64,000 bases of DNA from Eukaryota sp. GEM-RC1 (Eukaryota): positions 1,116,001 to 1,180,000 of the forward strand of contig JAUFOQ010000001.1 of the NCBI GenBank assembly GCA_040285855.1, in the 5' to 3' direction. The translations under genes were made by a program, and so were the position numbers. The notes beneath the pieces are model-generated. The model did not search any database, was not told the origin of the DNA, and saw only the letters and a list, made by a program, of their open reading frames with translations. This document shows positions 49,493 through 61,960 of the stretch, one piece after another (position 1 is the stretch's first letter; each line of letters starts with the position of its first letter).

Positions 49493-49899
49493 AGTTGATT
49501 TCATTGTTGTAGTGTGTAAGTTCTGCTCACTTAAAGCAATGATTCAAATTAATTTATGAGTTCTGAAGTTAGTTAGAGTAGAAGGCAGCTCTTACTTGGA
49601 AGTTGACGACTGTCTGCGAATGATTGACAGATTGAATTTTGTACATGCAACTGATATAGACTTAAAACAAACAATGTCCAGATTTTTTGTTGTGAAACCC
49701 ATTGCTTAGTAGACAAACTAAAACTATACTACCCAGCAAGCCCTCAAGAAAATTATCATGGATACCAACGCATACGTACGTTTGGTCAGAATGTCTTTCT
49801 CAAGTCGAACTCTTAGTGGACACTAACCATGGGACAAGAACTTCTTACTGCCCATTTTAATCACTGGTCGGATTTCAAAGTGGAAGATTAATGATCTCG

Positions 49900-50672
49900 A
49901 ATTGCCACTTCTTCGCATATGAGCCACTTTGTGAATTCTACAAATACTATGGTTCGCTCATGTTTAATTTACAATACGCCAAGTGAATTTAAGTAGGTTT
50001 GCTGTAAACTTTTTGCATCAGAAAAGTCTCCTATTATGTTTGTGATAACCGATCTACAGCCACTTGTCGTCATATTGTTAGTTGCAAGAACTTGTTGCAG
50101 ATTCGATCTGGTCTACATAATTCTGTTCCCGACGTTACTTATGAAATGTTCAAAACTTATAAGTACAGTTGTAAAATTGAACCTCTTCTGAAACATTGTA
50201 GTGACAATAACGTGTTTGATTCTCGTTGGGGTGACCGAATTGCTTCTTTTCTTGATTAATCTCTAGTTGTTGTTGATTTTACTACAGTTGGCTCGTTTGC
50301 AAAAGTCTACAAATACTGCAATATGAATGATCCTAATGGTCATCTTGAAAAGGCTGAACAGAGAAAGTGTTCTAATTATGCGAATGCTTTGAAAAGGATT
50401 AATGAAAATTAAAATTTGTATTCTAAGTTTACATTTGTTCCATTTGCAATTCAATTCTTGGCAATATTGGTCCAGCAGATTTACAATTTTTCAGCGATTT
50501 TAGTCGGTTATGTCGTTCTGTTGGCAAGGTGTATAATGGGGCTGTCTGGATTAATCGAATTATGTTTGCTCTTTTAGAAGTATTCCAAGTATTTAAGTTC
50601 CATTTAATCTAAGTTGTATAGGAATAATTCTCGTGGTATGAGAGAAATCAACTTCTTTCATTTTTTGAATTA
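49900..50672 (+). mobile_element. Degenerate CRE/R2-like non-LTR 3' region (same family as 5231-6062)
   Basis: VTYEMFK..KIEPLLKH..SRWGD, VVDFTT, AEQRK, WINRI; many stops. Confidence 0.8.
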
Positions 50673-51349
50673 ATTTATTGTTGCAAAGAAACTCTTATAT
50701 ATTGTATTTAGATGCCTAATAACCTAAACGAAACTAGTATCGTATATCACTGCAACAACAACAATCACTATTAAGTCTTACAACAGCTATATCCTCGTAA
50801 GATCAACTCACAGCTAGTACAGTTTTGGAAGTATTAGGCAAATTGTATTAAAAACAGTAAAAACGATACGCGTCAACAAAAATAGAGCATCAAAGCGTTT
50901 GTTCGTCCCTTTGTATACGATTACGCTGAATCCGTTCTGAAACTTTAGATGGATCTATCAAAAGAGCTTAATTCATATTATACATTATACATATCAGAAT
51001 AGTAGTCTGTAATTGAACTGTGGCTGATGGTATGTTTCTTAAAAGGCAAACGTAGTTCGTTGAAATATATTCAATACATAAAGTAATTAAGCACCATCTT
51101 GAAATACATATGTGTTTCTCTCTCAGGGGTCGGGAAAAAATATTTCTATTGCAGTATTCTCTCTGATCTTCAAGATTTTTTGCCGAAGATATTCGTGACC
51201 TCAATTGCATGCAGAAACATGATGTTACAATTATGGTGGGTTGCTTACTTACTTCTTTGTTTAAGTCACTAGCAAAAACCAACGAGTGAATCTGCCAAGA
51301 AGGCTTATAATGAATACGTAGAAGAGACAGTCAGAAGGAATAGAAAAAT

Positions 51350-51645
51350 AGTGTCGGTTGAAGACAGGGTTATAAGATATTGTATATTTAGTATTGGTGT
51401 GAACACACTTCATTACCAAGTATAGTCGACAGATCAATTAAATAGAGAAACACGGATACTGCATAATGCTCCCTAGACTCTTGCTAATGCTCTGATCAAC
51501 AAACCACAGTGGAATTCATTTTGGGTGAATATTTGGTACTGGGGTTCTCAAAATTCGTACACGGTACTGTTTTCCGCTTAATTCCCACCACTTGACATTC
51601 TTACATCTGCAGCTAACGACATCAAGTTCTTTCTTATTGATTCCG
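51350..51645. repeat. Dispersed repeat of probable retroelement origin; pieces recur at about 52330-52490 and 62145-62465
   Basis: Shared tcggttgaagacagggtta, gtgaacacaatt/ctt, tagagaaac..gga and ttttccgcttaattcccaccac..gctaacgacatcaagttctttcttattgattcc. Confidence 0.7.
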
Positions 51646-52044
51646 TGAACATTGGTGTTCCAGAACATCAAATGCCCGCTTTTCCTTAGAAAGATGAAGA
51701 TATATATGACGAAAGAAAGCTCAAGTGTACAGCTTAGAGTAGTTTTAAGTAAAGGTACGCTGTCAGCAGAAATTAATGTCATTGATACTAATTTTGGTGT
51801 GAGACTTTCTTTTCGTAAATACTAATTATTTACTTAAACATTTCCAGTTGTTCCTTTTGTCGAAAAGATGTATTCATAAAATTCATATAAAACAAAAACA
51901 GTATATCCTCTAACAACAACAGCCCCTTCTGAATCAGTTCCTGCCCATCAATACCGGTTGTAATGTGCTGATCTTCAACTTCACTGAGATCATTTCAAAG
52001 ATCATGTATTTAATCCCCCTTTCTCAAATGTATTACGTTTCCTA

Positions 52045-53267
52045 TTGCAAAAAAAACTCGCAGGAACCGCCAGGAAAGAAAAGAAAGCTAGCCTTGCTAC
52101 AGACGCTGAACTTAGGGATCTCAAGAAGAAGTTGACTCAGAAACCCTATGTTCACAAACCTATGTCCAATAGAGAACGACTCGAAGCTGAAGCTACTTGT
52201 CGAGCTCGTCTTATTGAAGACTCCATGCCACAAAGCCATCATCAACGGAACAGCTGGCACCCTGAAGCCATTCCTAATTATTTGATTCCGTTTCCCAATC
52301 AGATTGATTCACTTATTGCCAGTTGGAGTGAACACAATTCTTTACGATGTTTAGTCGATAAATCAATTAAATAGAGAAACATGGATGTTCCGCAATGCTC
52401 CCTCGGCTCTTGATAATGCTCTGATCCACAAAGCAGTCGACCAACAATATGCTTGTCCCAGTTCAGATCAAGCTATGAATGTTTACTTAATCAAAGCACC
52501 TGATGATATCAAAAACTCCCACTGAATCCGTTTGTCCCAGTGTGGCAAAGTATTCTTATGAAGTATTTATTGACTGATACTCCTCAAAGGGAGATCCACA
52601 ACACAATTTTGTAGTTCAAAACAATGGTGTTATCTCAGTAGTTTCGTCTTTTGAAGAAGAAAATGCAAATTACTGTCACTGTTGTGGAATCTGGAGATGA
52701 TGGAGCTTTAAGTTGTTAGTAGTTGATAGTTTCTATTTTTACTGACGAACTAGTAGACCTCACTCGAATCTCATTATGGACAAAAAGAGACAACCGAACT
52801 GAACCTTTTGACCCTGACATTCCCAGTCCGAGTACTGACGTGACACGTAATAGGGCTCACACGCGTTCTTCAAAGCTACAAGAAGGTACTTGCTTTAAGT
52901 GTAACAAACCCGGTCATTTTGCGAGAATATGTCCTCTCAAGGATCACCAAGTTAATTCTATAATCACGACGTCCAACTAACGATAGTCCTAGATGAGTAA
53001 ACTCATCTAGAGAGTTCTGACTCTTGGAAGTCACGATCCAGACTATCTTCATCAATTGAACCTGTTTCCACCTCATGTCAAGATTTGCCTTTCCGTTCTA
53101 GTCGACGATCCGAAGCTTTGTCAAAGCGTTTATGTTTCAAATTTCAGCAACCAGGACATATCGCCACCAATTGTCCTTTAAAAACCAAACATGAACCTAA
53201 GCTGGTTCAGATTGATGACTGTGAACAGACAACTTATTTTAGAAATCCTCTTGCCTCTCTCAAATGA
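52045..53267 (+). mobile_element. Degenerate retrotransposon gag remnant with CCHC zinc knuckles
   Basis: CFKCNKPGHFARIC (about 52890-52930) and degenerate CFKFQQPGHIATNC (about 53133-53175). Confidence 0.6.
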
Positions 53268-54731
53268 GGAGAAGTAGTGTTGTGTGTAGACTTTGTTTTT
53301 TTATAAATCTTCTTTATTTGCCTTTAGGCAACAAGACCAATGATTAAGCCAGAAGTTGCGTTCATTAATTTTGATGAAACAGTCATATTCATAGATCCCA
53401 TAAATGACCCGACTTTAGAACAACGAGGAGCAGGAGACCTTTTGATTTCAGCAAGCTCTTTTGAAAAGTCCATGTCACAGCTATCATGGCTGCATCCAGT
53501 AACTGAAGTAGGTTTCCGCCAGTTTTGATAGAAAATGGTGATGTCAATGATCTCATTTGAGTCGGAAATGATTATGCAGTGCTGCTCAATTGCAAGACAC
53601 GGATGACGACAAAGCTTATTCTGAAACTTGATGTTTACTTGGTCCCTGTCATTACGAATACTCGAACCATATGTCTTGTCTTTGAGTCAGCCAAATCGCA
53701 TATTTCAAAAAGATCAAAAGAAAATGTAAATTACCGAAATTTTCATTATGCTGTTACCCTGGAGGTTATCCCCAGGAGGGACTCCAGGATTTTAATTTCA
53801 TTTTATAATTTACAATATATTGAAAGCATTTCACGACTTCCATGTGTTTACATTGTCATGGTACTCAATGAATCAAATGTCGTACTAACTAATGATGTAG
53901 ATTGATCATGTAACATTAACATTGACACGTGTACCCAAATGTTATTATAGCTCAATTGCAACTCAGATTGAAACACTCAGACAAGAGAAGCATGTAGTTC
54001 AAACATGTAGTTAAGTCAAGATCTACATACAACAATACAAAACGTAGAATTCATCCGAATGAAGAAAATTTCTTTCATCATGTTGTTTTAATAACTCAAT
54101 ATGAAAAATAAACTGTGTGAATTAATGAGGTAAAAAGAAGCCTAAATACATAACCAAAAACTTGATGAACATTGAATGAATTACGTCTTCAGTTGTATGT
54201 AGATGTAGTTAAAGAAGGATCTAAATGAGATCATCAATCATAAGTTCCCATTAATGAGTGGTAACTAACCTTCTGGAAGATTCCAAAGAAGAAGTAACAC
54301 CAGTCATGAGATTTCAACACGAGGAATAAAGAGATATCTTGAAGCTATCATAATCCAAGGATCAAGAAGTAGATCACGTGGAGGAAATGTAGTTAGAAGT
54401 CACACAGACATTGGACAAGTGGCAAGCAATAGAAGAGAGAGGAAGAGTTCTAGTGGAAGAGTTCACGATACAGAAACTAAGGATTCCGTAAGCAAACTTG
54501 AAGAAAATCAACATCGGAGCTGTACAAATAGAAGAACCAAGCTCTGGAGATAGCCTTGTGACAGTTACTAGCCTGGAACTCAGAATACATAAAGTGAAGT
54601 AGAAGGTATGTGTTAGTATCACGTAAGGTTGAGTTGATACTCCAAATACCATTTTAGACAAACGTGGACAGGTGTAGACATAAGAACAAGTGTTGTGGAA
54701 ACATTACACCAGATTTCTTTCTAGCCTTAAC

Positions 54732-56090
54732 ATGTCATTTGCTCTCCTACCAACAGAAACTCTCAGCTGCATCCTCACTGACCCCTCGTTCTCTGATCAA
54801 ACCATTTCTTTTGGGGAAGAGTCTATGGAAGTGAACAAAACTGTTCTTGCTGCGAGTTCTACCTACTTTCACTCTCTCTGGTTCTTGGAGTTTGGAGATA
54901 AACATGATAACCCCATTGACTTCTCTCATCTTCCCGGGAGTTCCGCCACTTTCTTTTCTTTCATCAAATCTTTCTACGGAAAACCATTCACTCTCACTGA
55001 TAGTTATGCGTACCACTTCTTCTATCTAATCCACTACTTCCAAGTAAACAAGTTGATTGACCAGTTTGAAAACCACCTAAACACTCATCTCGTAACCTGG
55101 GCTTGGTTAAAACCATTCATTAAGGAAGCAAATGAAAGAAATGACTTGAGAGCTTTGGAATTCATTGGTCCTTTCTTTTCTAAGATTGATGACCTGTTGA
55201 TTGATGACGTGATGGAAATCACTACTAAAGGGTTTAAAACGCTTGTAAAATATTGCACTTCAACTCAATCACTGTCATGGTTCATTAAATCAATGGTGAA
55301 CTCAATTCTCAATCAAAATTTCGATTTGAATGAGGTTTCCGAAATTTTAAATTCTTGTTCAGTAGAAGCTCTCTCTTTACCACAATGGAAAGAGTATTTA
55401 TTTGTTCCTTTAAAACATGTAGAAGAATTGGAGACGGAGTTGATGAAGTTTTCTTATACAATAGTTAATGATTGTTGTGTTGATGCTTTAGTAAATGAAA
55501 ATTCTGTTTTGAAAGATGAAAATTACAAAACTATTCAAGAAATTTCCAAATTACAACAAGAAATTGAACAATTAAAAAAGACAGCTTCAGAAACTCAACC
55601 AGTACCTAAACATATTAAAATGTCACAAACTAGAAAGTCATCTTTGTTACAAGTAAGTGACGATAGAAAGAGAGTTGTTCTTGTTGAAAGAAGACACTTC
55701 CACGAAGAAGTAAATATCTTGGGAGAAGATCCACTTCTTCCAGGTTATGTGTATACTTGGAAGTTGAGGTACCAGGGGACTTCTAATAGTCTTTTTGTTG
55801 GAGTCATTGACGAGTCAAAGTTTAGTGGTGGTGGAAGTTGTTATGAGAATGCTCACTGTGTTTACAATAATAATTATGTTTATGGTTGTCTCTCAGGAAA
55901 CCGGACTAAGTGGAAAACTGGTGAATTACTCGAAATCAATGTAAATCTAATTAATTTCACTTTAACTATCAAATCTGTGAGTAACTCTTCAATTAATCTT
56001 ACTGGAACTCTTCCCAGATTAAGTAGTGGTAATTATTTTCCATTTGCTTCATTGTATTGGAGTGATCATGAACTAGAAATCGTTGAATAA
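54732..56090 (+). CDS. BTB/POZ-coiled-coil-SPRY protein (intact)
   Basis: Uninterrupted ORF from ATG 54732; near-identical BTB region to the 45800 copy. Confidence 0.9.
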   Translation: MSFALLPTETLSCILTDPSFSDQTISFGEESMEVNKTVLAASSTYFHSLWFLEFGDKHDNPIDFSHLPGSSATFFSFIKSFYGKPFTLTDSYAYHFFYLIHYFQVNKLIDQFENHLNTHLVTWAWLKPFIKEANERNDLRALEFIGPFFSKIDDLLIDDVMEITTKGFKTLVKYCTSTQSLSWFIKSMVNSILNQNFDLNEVSEILNSCSVEALSLPQWKEYLFVPLKHVEELETELMKFSYTIVNDCCVDALVNENSVLKDENYKTIQEISKLQQEIEQLKKTASETQPVPKHIKMSQTRKSSLLQVSDDRKRVVLVERRHFHEEVNILGEDPLLPGYVYTWKLRYQGTSNSLFVGVIDESKFSGGGSCYENAHCVYNNNYVYGCLSGNRTKWKTGELLEINVNLINFTLTIKSVSNSSINLTGTLPRLSSGNYFPFASLYWSDHELEIVE

Positions 56091-56328
56091 AGTTGATATC
56101 ATTGTTATTGTGGGTAAGTTTCCTCCTTTACAGCAGTGATTCTGATAAATATCTGTAACAGGGAAGCTAATGAGAGTAGAAGACAGCCCTGATTTGTAAA
56201 ATGACGACTGTCTGTTTATAATTGACAAATTGATACAGTCTTAAAACCAAACAATAGCCTGATTTTTCATTGTAAAACTCATTTATTTGTATAAACTAAC
56301 ATGTAAGCATTAATTATATTATTAAGAC

Positions 56329-56917
56329 CATGGAACGCAAATGGTCCGTACCGCGGCGATTTTAGGCGTACCGTACCGTACGTACGTACGTCCGGTACAA
56401 GTACCGGTACTGTACCTTTGACCGACTTAATTATACTACTAATATTTTGAACATGATAATCCGATGTGAGATTTTAACAGTTATCATCGTCATAAATTCT
56501 ACCGTTAAACATTGCTCAGGATATCAATATCGTATCGTCACACATTTTTACATTTAGGGTACGTCATTTGCTGACCACAACTTCCCCAAAATGACATTTC
56601 TTCGTACGAAGCTCAGCAATCGCTCGAAATCAACAATTGTAGTTACGTCTTCGAATCAGAATGCGTTTAACGAGTGACTACGACGTAATATAACAATGAT
56701 AAAGGGGCCCAAAAACCCACAGACCGGATTTCTAAACGATCAGAAGATGCAGTAGCAATTTGCACTAGCACTGTGTTTGACTAGTGAATGAACCTCCACT
56801 CAAAAAGAATGAATTGTAAATTCATTTAGATTATTCATAAATAGACATTATATTAACATCAAATGACATCGGTACGGATAAAAGAAATCGGTACGTACCA
56901 AGGATTTGCGCACATTG
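56329..56917. mobile_element. Non-autonomous hAT element (MITE) with CGTAC subterminal repeats
   Basis: Perfect 8-bp TSD attaagac (56321-56328 / 56918-56925). Imperfect TIR CATGGAACGCAAAT versus reverse complement CAATGTGCGCAAAT. Confidence 0.85.
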
Positions 56918-56959
56918 ATTAAGACTTAGAGTATATTTGTAACAATAATTAATACACAA

Positions 56960-57088
56960 TAATTCCGAGAATGAAAGAAGTTAAATTCTCCACATCCACA
57001 CGAGAATTATCCCTATACAACTTCGAATAACTGGAATTTAAATACTTGAGAATGCTTCTATAATGAGCAAACATAATTCGATTAATTC
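56960..57088 (-). mobile_element. 3' end fragment of the CRE-like non-LTR family
   Basis: Reverse complement similar to 50550-50670 (INRIMFA...LYR.NSR). Confidence 0.65.
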
Positions 57089-57105
57089 ATCCAGTACCAT
57101 TAAAC

Positions 57106-58152
57106 CAGGAAAGGGAAAACAATATTGCAATAAGATTTAAGCTTGTATGAATCTATTAACTCAAGGCTGTCAGGCTTAGAGTGACCTGCAATCTGTAGCT
57201 TCTCTAAGTTAGTTAATCTATTTAATTCTCTAACCATTGCTTAATCTTTGTTATTGATTAGCGGCTCTTTGAGATTAGTCAAATTGTTAAGGTCAAACTC
57301 TCTTGGGCCGGAAGGTACTGTGATTCCTATTTTTTCTAGACTAGTTAGGTTATCTAACCCTCTAATTTCTGTTTGACTTGTGCACTCAAGTCTTAACTCA
57401 TTGAGATTAGTTAAATCAGTTAGATTAATTTAAGTTATATGACTGCGAAAAATCATTCTTTGGTCAATATATATATACTTATTTTGGCCACAAAATAAAT
57501 ATTGCAATTCTGAAAATAAGCCAATAAATATTTCAATATTTCAATGATGCAACAAAAGAGTCCTATAATGGATATATCACAAAAAATCTACATATGTCAT
57601 TGTCCATCATCATCAGAAGTATCCGAAATAATCTCAATACAGTGCACCATTGTCTACATCTTCGAATTTGAATTATTTACTACTCATGATATGTCTTACA
57701 GTACCTTCATCCCAAAAATCACTGTTTTCTTTCATCATTATCCATCATTATTTGCATTTCAAGACTGAAGAACTTCAGATGAAATCACTTCAGAGGAAAG
57801 CATTTACATTATACTTCTAGTTAACACTCGAACTGAGTTCAAATGACAGACATTATGACAATACAACAACTAAAAATCATTACCGATAAAACAACTCTCA
57901 TTATCTTTAAACACATAAGACAACAAACCTGGTTTAGGAAGTCCAAATGGTGATGCAAAACTACGAAATGAACAACTCGAAGTATATTGACAATATTGAA
58001 ATATTGACAATATTGAAATATTGACAATATTGCAATATTGCAATAAATAACCGGTGTAACAATAAATATTGCTCCACCTGTAAGAGCGGAAAAAAATATT
58101 GAAGCATTATTGATTGCAATATTGGAAGAGCACTATTGTTTTCACACCCCTG
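57106..58152. mobile_element. Non-autonomous hAT element containing an LRR-coding fragment
   Basis: TIR CAGGAAAGGGAAAACAATATTGC versus reverse complement CAGGGGTGTGAAAACAATAGTGC (18/23). TSD cattaaac / cattaatc (7/8). CAATATT subterminal repeats. Confidence 0.7.
57146..57430 (-). pseudogene. Leucine-rich repeat gene fragment
   Basis: INLTDLTNLNELRL..IRGLDNLTSLEKIGI..LNNLTNLKE..LNRLTNLEKLQI, with one in-frame stop. Confidence 0.7.
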
Positions 58153-58699
58153 CATTAATCACCTTGCTATTAGAACGACAATCGTTGAAAAACTTTAAAC
58201 CGGTTGGACCGATATTACCAAAAACTGAAATCGCAAATGAATTATATTTTATATACCTTTCTCGATACACATAAACAACCCAAGTTCTTGTTTTGTCCTT
58301 ACTCTCTCCAGGTATTATCTACATCTCCCTTGTCAGTCTCGCTGTGTTTCTTGTGTTGTATATATGCTTAGACATGTTGTAATATTATCACTGTCAAACA
58401 CACCTTAAGTTTGTTCTTTTTATTTCGGCATGTCTCTTTCTACTAACTTAGAACTGCCGTGATACAATTGGTATGTCTCCGTCGTCGTTAAACTTCATTT
58501 AAGGTAAACCCTGATTTTAACTTCCACTTCCAATGATCCATATTTAGGAATCACTATTCATTTTATTGATTGCAAATTGTAATCACTGATTCCTGGTGTT
58601 ATACCGTTTTGTCATCCCCACAATGCAAGTCAATTGTCCGAAACTTTGGAAACATGTTATACAGAATTTGACATCCACCTAGTGACATCATCCACATTC

Positions 58700-59296
58700 T
58701 AAGGTTTTAAAACGGAATCATAAAAGACCAGTGAGGGTAAATGAACCAACCTCACTATTAAAGAACGGAGCGTCGGCGACTGCTTTTTAAAACTTCATTG
58801 ATCCCAACAACAACAAAATACAGTGCCTTCTTCTCCTTCTGAAAGCTCTTTTCCTTCAAGGCTCCATACTCTTCTGGATGTACCTTCAACATCCCAGTAC
58901 ATCGATCTCTTCTTCATTTCTTCTACTTCTAATGTTCTTGAGAAACTCTTCAGTAGAGCCAAACTGACTGTTGAGTGTTTGAGACTGTGAAATATTCCAC
59001 ATAGCCACTTCTGCTTACCAAAAATGGCCCACTGAAAATTCACATTCAAACGCCACAATCTCAAAAGAATTACAGAGTGTCTTGCCCATTTTTAAGTTTG
59101 AGAATAGGCTGTAGTTGGTTATACCAAGACCACCAAATTGACTGACTGGTAAAGACACAAGTTCAGGGAAATGTATAGTCAGACCAAAGTGGATTGTAAG
59201 AAAATCAAGAAGACCTTGGTGACAAAGAGAGAGAGAGAGCTTGAGAACATTTGGAAGGTGGGTTAAGAGCATTGCGCCCCTAGTACCTCTAATCAT
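58700..59296 (-). mobile_element. Degenerate CRE-like non-LTR reverse transcriptase remnant
   Basis: VSLPVSQFGGLGI motif and a downstream Cys cluster. Confidence 0.5.
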
Positions 59297-59939
59297 TAGC
59301 CTTACCGGACAAAATTAACACGATCTGAAGTTATCCTAGGGGAAACTTCGGGAGGAACCAGTTACTCTCCGCTTTTTAAATAGTCTAATAATTTTGAATT
59401 ATTTACTTTATCTGACTGTTTTTTCACTCAAATTTACAAGGCACTTGCCATCTTCAATTTATAATTACAATCTGTTAAATCTACTTATTTTCAAGTCCAG
59501 GATTTCATTGTTGACTCTTCATTGAGTTTGCGTGAAAAAAGTAAGTGGTTAATCCTTTCACCAGCGTTTTCCTTGTATAAGAATGGTTCATGTGTCAGTA
59601 ATTTTAAGAAAGTTCTCAATGTTTGTTCAAATTTTGATTTGGAAAAAACTTCATCATTAATTTAATAGCAAATCTTTTGATGCTCTGTCTCATAAGCCAA
59701 ATGCTATTTTACCCAATTCTTCGTCAGTTGTTGAACAATTTCACATTCTTCATCCTAAGGAATCTAATAAGAATTTTAAGTTTTTACCTAAACAAAAAAC
59801 AGTTGATGTGTCAGCCCTTAAAAGCATCATTCAAAAATATAAAAGAGGTACATCAGGTGATATTTTTGATTTTACTTTAATTCATTTCCCTAAAGTTTTG
59901 AATTCCAATTTGATGTCTGTAATTTTTTTCTAGCAGAAG

Positions 59940-60050
59940 AAATGATTCATGGTCGTTTAGATAGTTGTCTCTCTTTTTGCTGTCAGGGAAGTTAATTGCA
60001 CTAAAGAAACCTAATGGCAAAGCTAGACCCATAGCTATTTCAGAAATTGT
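59940..60050 (+). mobile_element. CRE-like non-LTR RT N-terminal remnant
   Basis: KLIALKKPNGKARPIAISE. Confidence 0.6.
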
Positions 60051-60836
60051 GTCTGTTGAACAGTTAGTGTTACTTGATTCTTATTGTTTGAAAACATCTT
60101 TTTGTTGGTTTTCGGTTTTGCCAACCTCTGATGAATTTGTTCATCCGGATAATATTTTCCACAAATAATTACAATTTTGATTGTTCATGGTGGATGAATT
60201 GTCGGTATGTCCTTTATGTTTATACACCGAAGTTGGTTATGATCATTCAATGTAATGCAAGCGTACCTCAGGTTTATGTACTCTTCGTCATGATGAGGGT
60301 AAAACTTGTTTAGCTGAAAATTCAGAATTGCCTGTTGAACAAAAGTCTTCAATTCGGTTGAAAAAATTTCTTGTTGATGTATTTGATAAAACTTCAAAAA
60401 TTTCGTTTATTGTTACCATTGTTGGTGGCAACGGTCATTCCCCAATGGAAGCTTTCAATTTTGGTTACAATACGAAAATTTTGAAGTACACTCATTTAAT
60501 GGAAATGAATTTAGATTTTTATCTGTTTTGAAATTTATCTATGAATTTTCGGGAAACTTTGTGGTAAATAATAAAAATTTCTCTTATTATTATGTCCAGC
60601 TATAAAAAGTTCCATAAAAAAATACATGAAAACGTTCCTAATGTCAAATAGATTTGGAAGAAAGCTAAAAGATTTGTTTAAGAACTCAAAACTTCTCATA
60701 ATGTCAAAAAAGGATTATTACAGAAATACCAGTCAACGAAAATTTGGAATTTGACTTATACCATGCGTCTTCAAAACTACCAGTGATGCTTATAAACTGA
60801 AAAGAGCATCTTCATGTCTCTCCTACATTAGACAGT

Positions 60837-61400
60837 GTGTATGACAATAAACATGATCTTCTATTGTCTGTATATCATGAATCTCTCCAATCATGGCACG
60901 AGTTAAAAACTATTCATGCGGACACCACAAGGCGTTTGATTCGCTGTAAAGTGGAAGGTTGCACGTTTTCTTTGAACAGTCATAAAAGACAAGACCATAA
61001 TTGGTACATTACTACACAAGTCGAACACTCTTGCTCTACTCTGCAGGCTTTCAAACATAAAAACGCTACAGCGACCTTTATGTCTTCCCATCATTTCTTC
61101 ATTGTTATGTGCTCCCACAACAGAAATATAACAGCCACTGACATCGATCTATTTTTGCGATGAAGACCTTGTATTCTGTTGATACATCTACTGCTTGTGC
61201 GTATAGAGCACGTAATCGAATTCTTGCCTCCACTTATGGCTTACCTAAAGATTCTTATATTGATCTTCCGGCTTATCTAGATGAATTAGAAGAAAGAAAC
61301 CCTGGATCTGAAATAAATCTGGAAGATGACGACGGTGTTTTCCAACGGGTTTCCTTACAATTTGGGTTTTGCTGGATATGATTCTTCTGTCCATTTGCGT
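60837..61400 (+). mobile_element. Mutator/MULE (MuDR-like) transposase remnant
   Basis: RCKVEGCTFSL...WYI...EHSC, AYRAR, SYIDLPAYLDELEERNPGS, FQRV. Confidence 0.75.
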
Positions 61401-61699
61401 CGATATAACAATATATGTACTAGAGAAAAACACATTTCGGTAAAACATAAATGATGTATATTTTTCAAATGGAATTTCTATGGATATGAATGTTATTGTA
61501 ATAGGATCATTTTATCAGCAAGAGAATTGTCTACTACTGTAGATAAGGAAAGTTATAGTAGGAAAACTGTCTCCATCCAGCCTTGTTGAAAAGACCTCGA
61601 CAATCTTTCTTCATACCATTGTTCAACACAAAATAGGGTAAATCCTTCTTTGGGATTCTTGAAAAGCGTGGAAAGTGACTAAGCTCGCGGACTTTTTTT

Positions 61700-61960
61700 C
61701 TAAAGCCACTGCCAAAGCGTTCAATTGAGTTATTTTTCAGAACAGTAAGTGCCAGAACCCAATACTACACTCCAGTTCTACACAAACTCTCTTTACTGCT
61801 TTCGTGAGTGTGTATTCTACACCCATTGAGAATAATGATACTGCGGCGACCACCATTACACCCTAGCAACCTAGATAAAATTTTCCTGACCTGTACCACC
61901 CGTGACAAAGAAGTTGTGTCTGCTGATAGTGATTGCGTTAAAGATCTCACGGTGGTCATC
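61700..61960 (-). pseudogene. Pif1-like helicase remnant
   Basis: EIFNAITISRHNFFVTGGTG, frameshift, SGK; LNGCRIHT; KNNSIERFG. Confidence 0.4.

Noticed and set aside
57980..58050. CRISPR-like or satellite array (caatattgaaatattga)
   Set aside because: No spacers; these are subterminal repeats of a hAT element.
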